Source: Nitrospinota bacterium (GTDB lineage: Bacteria > UBA8248). Taken from it: a stretch of 23,999 nucleotides of DNA. A model generated the notes under the pieces. That model was not told the DNA's origin. It saw only the letters and a list, made by a program, of their open reading frames with translations, and did no database searches. Positions 8,476 to 17,761 of the stretch are shown here, in pieces. Positions within the stretch are counted from its first letter, which is position 1; each line of letters starts with the position of its first letter. The stretch spans positions 1 to 23,999 of the forward strand of contig JAYGFR010000016.1 of the NCBI GenBank assembly GCA_046581755.1, read 5' to 3'. The translations under genes and the position numbers were made by a program.

Positions 8476-9371
8476 GAAAGCCGGAAAAAGTTCGGGAGAT
8501 GCGCATCATCTCCCCGGCAAAGATTAATCTGGGCCTGCGGATTCTCGGGCTCCGCCCTGATAATTTCCACGAGGTGGAAACCTGGATGCAGCAGGTTGCC
8601 CTCTACGACCGGATTCGGATTCGGACGGCGAGGCGGGTCATCCGGGTTGCGGCGGACCGCAAGGACGTTCCCTCGGGCCGGGAGAATCTGGCCTACCGGG
8701 CCGCGGCGGCGCTCCGGGAGGACGCCGGAGACCGCCGCCTGGGGGCATCCATATTTTTGGAGAAACATATCCCCGCCGGCGCGGGCCTGGGGGGAGGCAG
8801 CGGAAACGCGGCGGCCGTCCTGTGGGGGCTCAACCGCCTCTGGGGGCTGGGGCTCCCGCCGGCCCGGCTCTTTCGGATCGCGGCCGGGCTCGGATCGGAC
8901 GTGCCTTTTTTCCTGGCTGGGCCGGCGGGCATGTGTCGGGGACGGGGCGAGAGGGTCTCCCGGCGGGGGCCCCTCCGCTCGGGCTGGGTATTGCTGGTCA
9001 AGCCGCCCCTTTCCCTCTCCACCGAGCGGGTGTATGGGTGGATGCGGAATTATTTGAAAAACGAGGGGAGAGCGGCTACAATCGAGCCTCGCCCGAAACA
9101 AACCAAAACCCCTGACGATCGAAATGATTTGGAGCAGGTTGTTTTCGAGAGGTATCCTATTTTGAGCGAGTGCCGGAATATTCTTTTATCCTCCGGCGCC
9201 CGGCGGGCCCGAATGAGCGGCGGCGGTCCTGCGCTGTGGGGCCTTTTTCGGAAACAATCGGACGCCCGGGCGGCGGGTTTGGTCTTCTCCCGGCGCCGGC
9301 GCTGGCGGGTCCATGTGGTGAAGCCGTTGACCGCCTCGGCGGCGTCCTCGCGTTTTCATGAATCCGGCTAG
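8472..9371 (+). CDS. ispE: 4-(cytidine 5'-diphospho)-2-C-methyl-D-erythritol kinase
   Basis: PAKINLGL, KHIPAGAGLGGGSGNAA, GSDVPFF, NDLE and MSGGGP. Start GTG 8472 (GTGA overlap with the upstream stop) or ATG 8499. Confidence 0.93.
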   Translation: MRKPEKVREMRIISPAKINLGLRILGLRPDNFHEVETWMQQVALYDRIRIRTARRVIRVAADRKDVPSGRENLAYRAAAALREDAGDRRLGASIFLEKHIPAGAGLGGGSGNAAAVLWGLNRLWGLGLPPARLFRIAAGLGSDVPFFLAGPAGMCRGRGERVSRRGPLRSGWVLLVKPPLSLSTERVYGWMRNYLKNEGRAATIEPRPKQTKTPDDRNDLEQVVFERYPILSECRNILLSSGARRARMSGGGPALWGLFRKQSDARAAGLVFSRRRRWRVHVVKPLTASAASSRFHESG

Positions 9372-9562
9372 GCGCCGCGGCAGCGGGTTTTCCGGTTCCC
9401 GGCGCAGGCCCCTTGAATCGCACGGCTCATATCCACCTTTCCTGGCAGGGAGTTTTTATTTCGGTGTTCACATAACATGTTGATAATATACGGATTATCG
9501 ATTAGGGGCGACCCCCTGTCGTCCCGGGGCGGAGGTGATTTCCGGAAATTGCTTGAAGCCAC

Positions 9563-9591
9563 TTGACCGGAGATTCCGAAATGAGTAACAA
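9563..9591 (+). promoter_or_regulatory. Putative sigma70 promoter for prs-rplY-pth
   Basis: TTGACC (9563-9568), 17 nt spacer, TAACAA (9586-9591), in an AT-richer spacer. Confidence 0.45.
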
Positions 9592-9639
9592 AAACCGTCT
9601 TTTGTCTTTGGTCCTGATGATTTTGCGGGGTAAGACGGG

Positions 9640-10587
9640 GTGAAGGGCTACCAGCTAAAGGTATTTGCGGGCCGATCCAACCCGGTCCTGGGCGAGAAAA
9701 TTTTCGAAGCGCTCAACATCGATCAGGGCAAAATCGAGATACTCGATTTCAGCGATAAAGAAACGTTTGTGCAAATTCATGAGAATATTCGAGGGGCCGA
9801 CGTTTTCGCGGTCCAGAGCCTGTGCCAGCCGGGCAATTCGAATCTCATGGAATTGCTGATTATGATGGATGCGTTCCGCAGATCCTCGGCCGAGCGGATT
9901 ACGGCGGTCATTCCGTACTTCGCCTATGCGCGCCAGGACCGGAAGGTGCAGCCCCGGGTACCGATTACGGCCAAGCTCATCGCCAATCTTTTGGTGGCCG
10001 CCGGGACCGACCGCGTGATTACGCTGGATCTCCACGCGGGGCAAATTCAGGGCTTTTTCGACATTCCGGTGGACCATCTATTCGCCGGTCCGGTCGTCAT
10101 GGATTATTTCCGCAACATTGAGGGGTTGAACGATTTGACCGTCATCTCTCCCGACGCGGGGGGAGTGGAGCGGGCCCGCGCCTACGCTAAGCGGCTCGAC
10201 GCGGGGCTCGGAATCATCGATAAAAGGCGGGAGCGGGCCAACGTATCCGAAGTTCTTCGAATCATCGGAGACGTGGATGGCCGCGATGTTCTGATCGTGG
10301 ACGATATCGTGGACACGGCCGGCACGCTGACCCAGGGCGCCCAGGCCCTCGTGGACGCCGGGGCCAGGAAGGTGTACGCCACCTGCACCCACGCCGTTCT
10401 CTCGGGGCCCGCCATCGGCCGGATCCAGGATTCGCCGATCGAGGAATTGGTGGTCAGCGATACGATTCCGTTGACCGAGCAGGGTGCCGCATGTGAGCAA
10501 ATTAAAGTACTCTCGGTGAGCCGAATGCTAGCCGAGGCGATTCGCCGCATTCACGAGGACGAATCGGTGAGCAGCTTGTTCGAATAA
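9640..10587 (+). CDS. prs: Ribose-phosphate pyrophosphokinase
   Basis: GTG start; IPYFAYARQDRK, DLHAGQIQGFF, SPDAGGVERA and IVDDIVDTAGT. Confidence 0.97.
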   Translation: MKGYQLKVFAGRSNPVLGEKIFEALNIDQGKIEILDFSDKETFVQIHENIRGADVFAVQSLCQPGNSNLMELLIMMDAFRRSSAERITAVIPYFAYARQDRKVQPRVPITAKLIANLLVAAGTDRVITLDLHAGQIQGFFDIPVDHLFAGPVVMDYFRNIEGLNDLTVISPDAGGVERARAYAKRLDAGLGIIDKRRERANVSEVLRIIGDVDGRDVLIVDDIVDTAGTLTQGAQALVDAGARKVYATCTHAVLSGPAIGRIQDSPIEELVVSDTIPLTEQGAACEQIKVLSVSRMLAEAIRRIHEDESVSSLFE

Positions 10588-10631
10588 CGCGGCCGGCGAT
10601 TCCCGGACAGGCCGGATGGAGAGAATGAAAA

Positions 10632-11324
10632 ATGGATAATCTGTCTCTTACAGTGGAGCCCCGCAGCAAGGTGGGCAAATCCGCAGCGCGGCGCCTCCGC
10701 CGAGAGGGAAAGGTGCCGGGTGTGGTGTACGGCATCAAAGACCCCACCCCGGTGACCATCAATCCCAGCGACCTGGAGAAGATTTTCACCACAGGAGCCG
10801 GAACCAACGTCATCCTCCAGCTCGACGTCGTGGGCGAGGAAAAATCTGACCGGCCGGTCCTGGTCAAGGATCTGCAGCGCGACGCAATGAGCGATCAAAT
10901 CATGCATGCGGATTTTCTCGAAATTCACATGGATCGAAAAATCCAGGTCAGTATTCCGTTCAACTTTGAGGGAGAAAGCGCCGGCGTCAAACTCGGCGGC
11001 GTGTTTTCGGTGCTCCTCCGGGAGCTGGACGTGGAATGTTTGCCCAACGCCATTCCGGAGGGAATTCCGGTGGACGTCACCGCTTTGGAAGTGGGCGATG
11101 TCATTCACGTCCGGGACATCGTGATTCCGGCGGACGTCGATTTGGCCTCGCCCCCCGACGATCCGGTCGTCACCGTCATCATGCCGGTCGAGGAAGAGGT
11201 TCCGGAGGAGGCCGAGGACGAAGAAGCCTTGGCTGCGGAGGAAGAGGGGGCCACGCCCGAAGGCGCTGCCGAGAGCGGTGACGCCGAAGCATCTTCCGGC
11301 GATGCCAGGAAGAAAGAGGAATAG
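10632..11324 (+). CDS. rplY: 50S ribosomal protein L25 / general stress protein Ctc (long form with acidic tail)
   Basis: GKSAARRLRREGKVPGVVYG, HADF, GVKLGG, CLPNAIPE..VDVTALEVGDVIHVRDI; E/A-rich C-terminus. Confidence 0.96.
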   Translation: MDNLSLTVEPRSKVGKSAARRLRREGKVPGVVYGIKDPTPVTINPSDLEKIFTTGAGTNVILQLDVVGEEKSDRPVLVKDLQRDAMSDQIMHADFLEIHMDRKIQVSIPFNFEGESAGVKLGGVFSVLLRELDVECLPNAIPEGIPVDVTALEVGDVIHVRDIVIPADVDLASPPDDPVVTVIMPVEEEVPEEAEDEEALAAEEEGATPEGAAESGDAEASSGDARKKEE

Positions 11325-11353
11325 GGAAGCGGGCTGGCTGCGCCGGCGATCCG

Positions 11354-11896
11354 ATGGGACTTTCAAAAGTCATCGTTGGCCTCGGAAATCCGGGGCCCGA
11401 GTACGCATTCACGCGGCACAATCTCGGGTTTTGGGCGGCGGACCTGCTCTCCGGGATGTTCCGGATTCCCATCACGAAGGCGGCCGCCCGCTCTTTGGTG
11501 GGATATGGGTCGGTTCGCGGGAACAAAATCGCCCTGGCCAAGCCCAAGACCTACATGAACGAGTCCGGCAGGGCGATCAAAGCGTTGCTCCACGCCGAGG
11601 GGCTCGGGCCCGAGCATTTGCTTGTCCTTCACGATGACATGGACATTGCCTTGGGCAGGGTGAAATTCAAGTCCTCGGGAGGAGACGCCGGCCATAACGG
11701 GATCGGCAGCATCATCGAATCCCTCGCCACGGGAGAATTCGACCGCTTCCGCATCGGTCTGGGCGTCAGGCCCAGGGGAGTGGATGGCGCCGATTGGGTC
11801 CTTTCGCCTTTTCTCGAAGACGAAATGGAAATCGCCAGAGAAGGAGCCCAGGCCGCCGCCGATCGCGTGGTGGAATGGGTGGTTGGAAAAAAATAA
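11354..11896 (+). CDS. pth: Peptidyl-tRNA hydrolase
   Basis: IVGLGNPGPEYAFTRHNLGF, KPKTYMNESG, VLHDDMD, GHNG and DWVLSPF. Confidence 0.96.
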   Translation: MGLSKVIVGLGNPGPEYAFTRHNLGFWAADLLSGMFRIPITKAAARSLVGYGSVRGNKIALAKPKTYMNESGRAIKALLHAEGLGPEHLLVLHDDMDIALGRVKFKSSGGDAGHNGIGSIIESLATGEFDRFRIGLGVRPRGVDGADWVLSPFLEDEMEIAREGAQAAADRVVEWVVGKK

Positions 11897-11898
11897 CA

Positions 11899-12001
11899 AA
11901 TTCCGCTTTTTGGGTTGCGCGCCCCCTCGTGTTCGATGTGTTTTATGTGTTCGACCTCGCGGCGCCCGCCCGGTCCGGCAATTTAGCCAGAAAATGGAGT
12001 T
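11899..12001 (+). ncRNA. Structured 5' leader of the Na+-PPase gene; candidate Na+-sensing (DUF1646-like) riboswitch
   Basis: GGUUG (11913-17) pairs with UAGCC (11984-88). The stem extends via UUUUU/AGAAA and AAUUCCG/UGGAGUU (11899-905 / 11995-12001). Inner hairpin GCGCC/GGCGC carries a G-U-rich arm. The 3' junction reads GGUCCGGCAAUUUAGCCAG. Resemblance to the DUF1646 consensus is from memory, not from a covariance-model search. Confidence 0.5.
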
Positions 12002-12023
12002 GGAGGGGAGGTAGTAGAAAACG

Positions 12024-14036
<2,013 letters not shown>

Positions 14037-14139
14037 TTGGACGGGGCGCTGGCCGGTAGTTAGAGAATAATCCAGGATGAGCGAAGTTCGCCGGCGGATG
14101 CCCGGCGGGCGGAGCCTGGTATCTAGATGTAATTGATTG

Positions 14140-14160
14140 TGATAGAGTTCCATGGAACTC
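14140..14160 (+). promoter_or_regulatory. Extended -10 candidate overlapped by a perfect 16-bp palindrome upstream of rpsF
   Basis: TG-A-TAGAGT (14140-14148); GAGTTCCATGGAACTC (14145-14160) is its own reverse complement. Confidence 0.45.
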
Positions 14161-14206
14161 CTCGCTCCGGGCATTTGGGATCCGGAGCCGCTTAGTCCGA
14201 GAGGGG
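14158..14206 (+). ncRNA. S6:S18 ribosomal protein leader RNA (rpsF autoregulatory element)
   Basis: CUCCUC (14158-63) pairs with the SD GAGGGG (14201-06). Inner stem GCUCCGGG/UCCGGAGC (14164-71 / 14181-88), an 8-nt linker, then unpaired CCG (14197-99) just before the SD arm. This is the known architecture of S6:S18 leaders. Confidence 0.82.
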
Positions 14207-14212
14207 AATACA

Positions 14213-14644
14213 ATGCGGCAGTACGAAACAATGGTCTTGCTCTCACCCGACCTCGAAGAGGAGGCGGTCGATGAGCGAATCGCGAATTTCGAGAAGCAAA
14301 TCACCGACAACGGGGGCGAAATTCTCAGCGTAGATCGCTGGGGGAAAAAGCGCCTCGCCTACGCCATCAACAAGCAGCGCCACGGAATCTACTTCATCGT
14401 CGTCTACAAATCCGACTTCGAAATCATTCAAGAAATCGAGCGCCAGCTTCGCCTGGATGAGGATTCATGGCGCTATATGACCGTTCGGATGGATGACGCC
14501 CTCCTGAGGAAGATGGAGACGAACGTCAAGCGGGCGGCGGCCCGGCTGGAACATCTCAACGAGGGGCGGGACAAAGACAGGGACCGGGATAGAGACAGGG
14601 ATATGGATTTGGATAGGGACAGGGGCAGGGACAGGGACAGATAA
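14213..14644 (+). CDS. rpsF: 30S ribosomal protein S6
   Basis: MRQYETMVLLSPDL, WGKKRLAYAINK..GIY; first gene of rpsF-ssb-rpsR-rplI. Confidence 0.96.
   Translation: MRQYETMVLLSPDLEEEAVDERIANFEKQITDNGGEILSVDRWGKKRLAYAINKQRHGIYFIVVYKSDFEIIQEIERQLRLDEDSWRYMTVRMDDALLRKMETNVKRAAARLEHLNEGRDKDRDRDRDRDMDLDRDRGRDRDR
14567..14641 (+). repeat. Degenerate hexamer (GACAGG-like) repeat encoding the Arg-Asp tail of S6
   Basis: Encodes RDKDRDRDRDRDMDLDRDRGRDRDR; DNA units such as GACAGG, GACCGG, GATAGA, GATAGG. Confidence 0.8.
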
Positions 14645-14668
14645 CCTCAATCGGGGGATGGATGTGCA

Positions 14669-15121
14669 ATGGCCCAGCTAAATCAGGTGATGTTGAGAGG
14701 AAACCTCACCCGGGACCCGGAAAAGCGATTTTTGCCCTCGGGCACCTCGGTTGTGAATTTCGGGCTGGCCGTCAACCGGCGCTATCGGTCGGGCGATGAT
14801 TGGAAGGAAGACACCTGTTTCGTCGATATTGTCGTGTTCGGGCGCCAGGGGGACTGGACCATGGAAAATTGCTCCAAGGGCAGCCCCGTGCTGATCGAGG
14901 GGCGCTTGAGCTTTAATACATGGGAAGCAAAGGACGGCACCCGGCGAAGCAAGCATGAGGTCGTGGCATTCAACGTCCACTTCCTCTCGCGCCGCGACGA
15001 GGGGGGCCAGGGGGTCGGAACCCCCCAGGGCCAGCAGGCCGCGCAGGAATCGGGCGCCAGTTGGTCCGAACAGCCGGCGGGCGATTCTCCGCCGATGACG
15101 GACGACGATATTCCTTTTTAG
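14669..15121 (+). CDS. ssb: Single-stranded DNA-binding protein
   Basis: LNQVMLRGNLTRDPE, FGLAVNRRY, KGSPVLIEGRL, and the C-terminal DDDIPF tip. Confidence 0.97.
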   Translation: MAQLNQVMLRGNLTRDPEKRFLPSGTSVVNFGLAVNRRYRSGDDWKEDTCFVDIVVFGRQGDWTMENCSKGSPVLIEGRLSFNTWEAKDGTRRSKHEVVAFNVHFLSRRDEGGQGVGTPQGQQAAQESGASWSEQPAGDSPPMTDDDIPF

Positions 15122-15158
15122 CCGGATGGCGAATCGAAAATAAGTTTCGGAGGACGAC

Positions 15159-15428
15159 ATGGTATTTGCGGCAAGCCGGAAAGCCGGCCCAAAAAAGAAA
15201 AAGAAGAAGCGGTTCGTTCGCAAGAAAATATGCCGGTTCACGGCGGACGGCATCGCCTACATCGACTACAAGGACATAAAAACACTGCGGAATATGGTGA
15301 GTGAGAGGGGGAAGATCATTCCCCGGCGCGTGACGGGGACTTCGGCCCGCTTCCAGCGCCAGCTTACAAATGCCATTAAACGGGCGCGCTACATGGCTCT
15401 GATGCCCTATATCGTGGACAACAGCTAG
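15159..15428 (+). CDS. rpsR: 30S ribosomal protein S18
   Basis: [46 protein letters not shown]. Confidence 0.97.
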   Translation: MVFAASRKAGPKKKKKKRFVRKKICRFTADGIAYIDYKDIKTLRNMVSERGKIIPRRVTGTSARFQRQLTNAIKRARYMALMPYIVDNS

Positions 15429-15446
15429 GGGCGGAGGAGAAGTTCG

Positions 15447-16043
15447 ATGCGCGTGATTTTGCGAAAAGAGGTAGAAGCGCTGGGCGATGTCGGGGATGTG
15501 GTCGAGGTCGCTGACGGCTACGGGATGAACCACCTGATTCCCAAGGGTTTGGCTATTCATGCCACGGCGAATTCCGTACGCGCCGCCCAGCACGAGCAGA
15601 TGCTCCGTGAGGCGCAGATTCGGGTCGCTAGGCGGGAATCCGAGAAGGAGGCGGAAATATTTGTCGGCTCGGAGGTGGAGTTCACCGTCCGCGCGGGCGA
15701 GGACGGGCGCCTTTTCGGCTCGGTGACCAACCGCGATATCGAGGCCGCCCTGGCCGAAAAGGGCATCGAGGTGAGCCGCCGAAAAATCATCCTCGAGGAG
15801 CCGATCCGACGCGTGGGCGAGTACGAGGTAGCCATTCGCCTTCATCCCGATGTGCGGGCGGCCGTGAAGGTCCTGGTCGTGGCCGACGAGACGGCACCGC
15901 CCGTGGAGGATGGCTCTGAGGGGGCCGCCGCCGAGGACGCCGTGGAAGAAGCTGGCGAGGGCGCCGTGGAGGAAGCTGGCGAGGAGGCTGATGCCGCCTC
16001 GGGGGATGAGGCCGGAGAAGAGGAGCCCGCCGCCGCGGAGTAG
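15447..16043 (+). CDS. rplI: 50S ribosomal protein L9 with acidic C-terminal extension
   Basis: MRVILRKEVEALGDVGDVVEVADGYGMNHLIPKGLA, GRLFGSVTNRDI and PIRRVGEYEVAIRLHPDV. Confidence 0.96.
   Translation: MRVILRKEVEALGDVGDVVEVADGYGMNHLIPKGLAIHATANSVRAAQHEQMLREAQIRVARRESEKEAEIFVGSEVEFTVRAGEDGRLFGSVTNRDIEAALAEKGIEVSRRKIILEEPIRRVGEYEVAIRLHPDVRAAVKVLVVADETAPPVEDGSEGAAAEDAVEEAGEGAVEEAGEEADAASGDEAGEEEPAAAE
15939..15986 (+). repeat. 24-bp tandem duplication in the L9 tail
   Basis: GCCGTGGAAGAAGCTGGCGAGGGC / GCCGTGGAGGAAGCTGGCGAGGAG, encoding AVEEAGEG AVEEAGEE. Confidence 0.75.
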
Positions 16044-16116
16044 GGCCCCATCGCTGGGCGGGGTGCCGGGAGGGGTGGAAGTTCCGCCGGGCGAAGAATT
16101 GCCGAAGCAACTGAAA

Positions 16117-16146
16117 GGGGCCGCTATCCGAGCGGCCTCCTTTTTT
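16117..16146 (+). terminator. Intrinsic terminator after rplI
   Basis: GGGGCCGCT (16117-25), loop ATCCG, AGCGGCCTC (16131-39), then CTTTTTT. Confidence 0.85.
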
Positions 16147-16273
16147 CCCTTATTCGCCGCTATATCGTCTGATTCCCGTTCGAATTCCGAAACTTTGGGG
16201 TTCGTTTTTCGGGTGAATTGCGGTACTCTTGTCGAACTCCTGATGTAGATTCAGGCCGCTCCGCCCGCTGAGT

Positions 16274-17707
16274 TTGCCTGTGGAAGCTCCGCTCGATACC
16301 CAAGAAAACGGAAAAGGCCAGGGGCATCTTCCGCCCCAAAATATCGAGGCCGAACAGCGCGTCCTGGGGGCCATCCTCCTCGACGGCGGCGAGGGTAGCA
16401 CCGTCGCCTCCGTCATGGAAGTTCTCCGGCCCGAGCATTGCTACCGCCCGAGCCACCGGGTCATCTTCGAGGCGATGATCGTCCTCTTCGAGCGGAGCGA
16501 TCCGATCGACATCCTCACCGTGGTCGATGCCCTCAAGAAAATAGGCAAGCTCGACGAGGCGGGCGGCCAGGAATATGTGGCCCGCCTGTCCGACGATGTG
16601 TCGAGCGCGCGCCGCGCGGTCGCCTACGCCAAGTTGGTCCGCGCCACCTATCTCGCCCGCAGCCTGATTCGAACCTCTAACGCCATTGCCGAGCGCGCCT
16701 TCAGCGACGAGGAGGACGTCAACGTCCTTATCGACGATGCCGAGCGGGCCATCTTCGAGGTCTCCTCGGACCGCTTCGAGCAAAAAATCATATCCATGAA
16801 GGACATCGTCAAAACCACCTTTCCCCATCTCGAGGAGCTCTACGACAAAAAAGAGCTGGTGACGGGCGTTCCGACCGGGTTCTCCGACCTCGACAAGCTG
16901 ACCAGCGGGTTCCAGAAGGGAGAGCTCATCATCATCGCGGGCCGGCCCAGCATGGGGAAAACCGCCCTGGCCCTTTGCATCGCCGAATACGCCGCCGTGA
17001 GCGCCAAGGTGCCCACCGCCATCTTCAGCCTCGAGATGAGCGCGCGGGCGCTGGCCATCCGGATGATGTGCGGCCGCGCCATGGTGAACGCCAAACAACT
17101 CCAGAGCGGCTACATGCCCTCCAGGAGGTGGCCCGACCTGATTCGCGCGGCGGGCGAGCTTTCCGATGCCTCCATTTTCGTGGACGATTCGACGGAGCTT
17201 TCCGCCTTCGACGTCCGGGCGAAGTGCCGGCGGATCCAGTCGGATCAGGGCCTCGGCCTCGTCATCGTGGATTACCTCCAGCTTGTGTCTCAGCGGACCC
17301 GCCGCTACGAGAGCCGCCACCTCGAGATCAGCGAAATCACCCGCAGCCTCAAGGGCCTGGCCAAGGAGCTGGATGTTCCCGTGGTGGCGCTGAGCCAGCT
17401 GTCGCGCCAGGTGGAATCCCGCGAGGGAAAGCGGCCCAACCTCGCCGACCTCCGCGAGTCGGGCTCCATCGAGCAGGACGCCGATCTGGTCGCCCTTCTT
17501 TACCGCGAGGATTACTACGACCGCGAGTCCGACCGGAAGGGCGAGGCCACCCTCATCGTCGCCAAGCAGCGCAACGGGCCAACCGACGATTTGCAGCTCC
17601 GGTTCTTCCCGGACTACGCCCGCTTCACGAATCTGGATACCTTTCACGAAGGGTCCCCCACGCCCGCCGCCGAGGTGTTCGAGGAACAGGAGGAGGTGGG
17701 TTTTTGA
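16274..17707 (+). CDS. dnaB: Replicative DNA helicase
   Basis: PPQNIEAEQRVLGAIL, TGVPTGFSDLD, Walker A GRPSMGKT, FSLEMS, VDYLQL, LSQLSR, DLRESGSIEQDAD and AKQRNGPT. Start uncertain (TTG 16274 or GTG 16280). No intein. Confidence 0.97.
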   Translation: MPVEAPLDTQENGKGQGHLPPQNIEAEQRVLGAILLDGGEGSTVASVMEVLRPEHCYRPSHRVIFEAMIVLFERSDPIDILTVVDALKKIGKLDEAGGQEYVARLSDDVSSARRAVAYAKLVRATYLARSLIRTSNAIAERAFSDEEDVNVLIDDAERAIFEVSSDRFEQKIISMKDIVKTTFPHLEELYDKKELVTGVPTGFSDLDKLTSGFQKGELIIIAGRPSMGKTALALCIAEYAAVSAKVPTAIFSLEMSARALAIRMMCGRAMVNAKQLQSGYMPSRRWPDLIRAAGELSDASIFVDDSTELSAFDVRAKCRRIQSDQGLGLVIVDYLQLVSQRTRRYESRHLEISEITRSLKGLAKELDVPVVALSQLSRQVESREGKRPNLADLRESGSIEQDADLVALLYREDYYDRESDRKGEATLIVAKQRNGPTDDLQLRFFPDYARFTNLDTFHEGSPTPAAEVFEEQEEVGF

Positions 17708-17761
17708 CCGCCGCCCCCCCCGAATTTCGATCCCAATCCCGATCCCGGCCCCGGAGGCAGG

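Noticed and set aside
9213..9230. IspE MSGGG in place of MSGSG as a sign of pseudogenisation
   Set aside because: All other catalytic and ATP-binding motifs are intact and the frame is uninterrupted; a single Ser>Gly change is not enough evidence.
9430..9486. oriC / DnaA-box cluster (ATATCCACC, TGTTGATAA)
   Set aside because: Only one or two mismatched boxes, no unwinding-element repeats and no dnaA/dnaN/gidA context.
9482..9499. Canonical Fur box
   Set aside because: GATAAT and ATTATC are 6 nt apart rather than 7, and the centre does not match; kept only as a generic inverted repeat.
14072..14119. Intrinsic terminator after hppA (GTTCGCCGG/CCGGCGGGC hairpin)
   Set aside because: A hairpin is possible but has no U-tract; at most an mRNA-stabilising or pause structure.
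14145..14160. parS site
   Set aside because: GTTCCA-TGGAAC lacks the central CG of the parS form GTTCCACGTGGAAC, so half-site spacing is wrong.
16274..17707. Intein in DnaB
   Set aside because: Length (477 aa) is normal and the Walker A and RESGSIEQDAD regions are uninterrupted.
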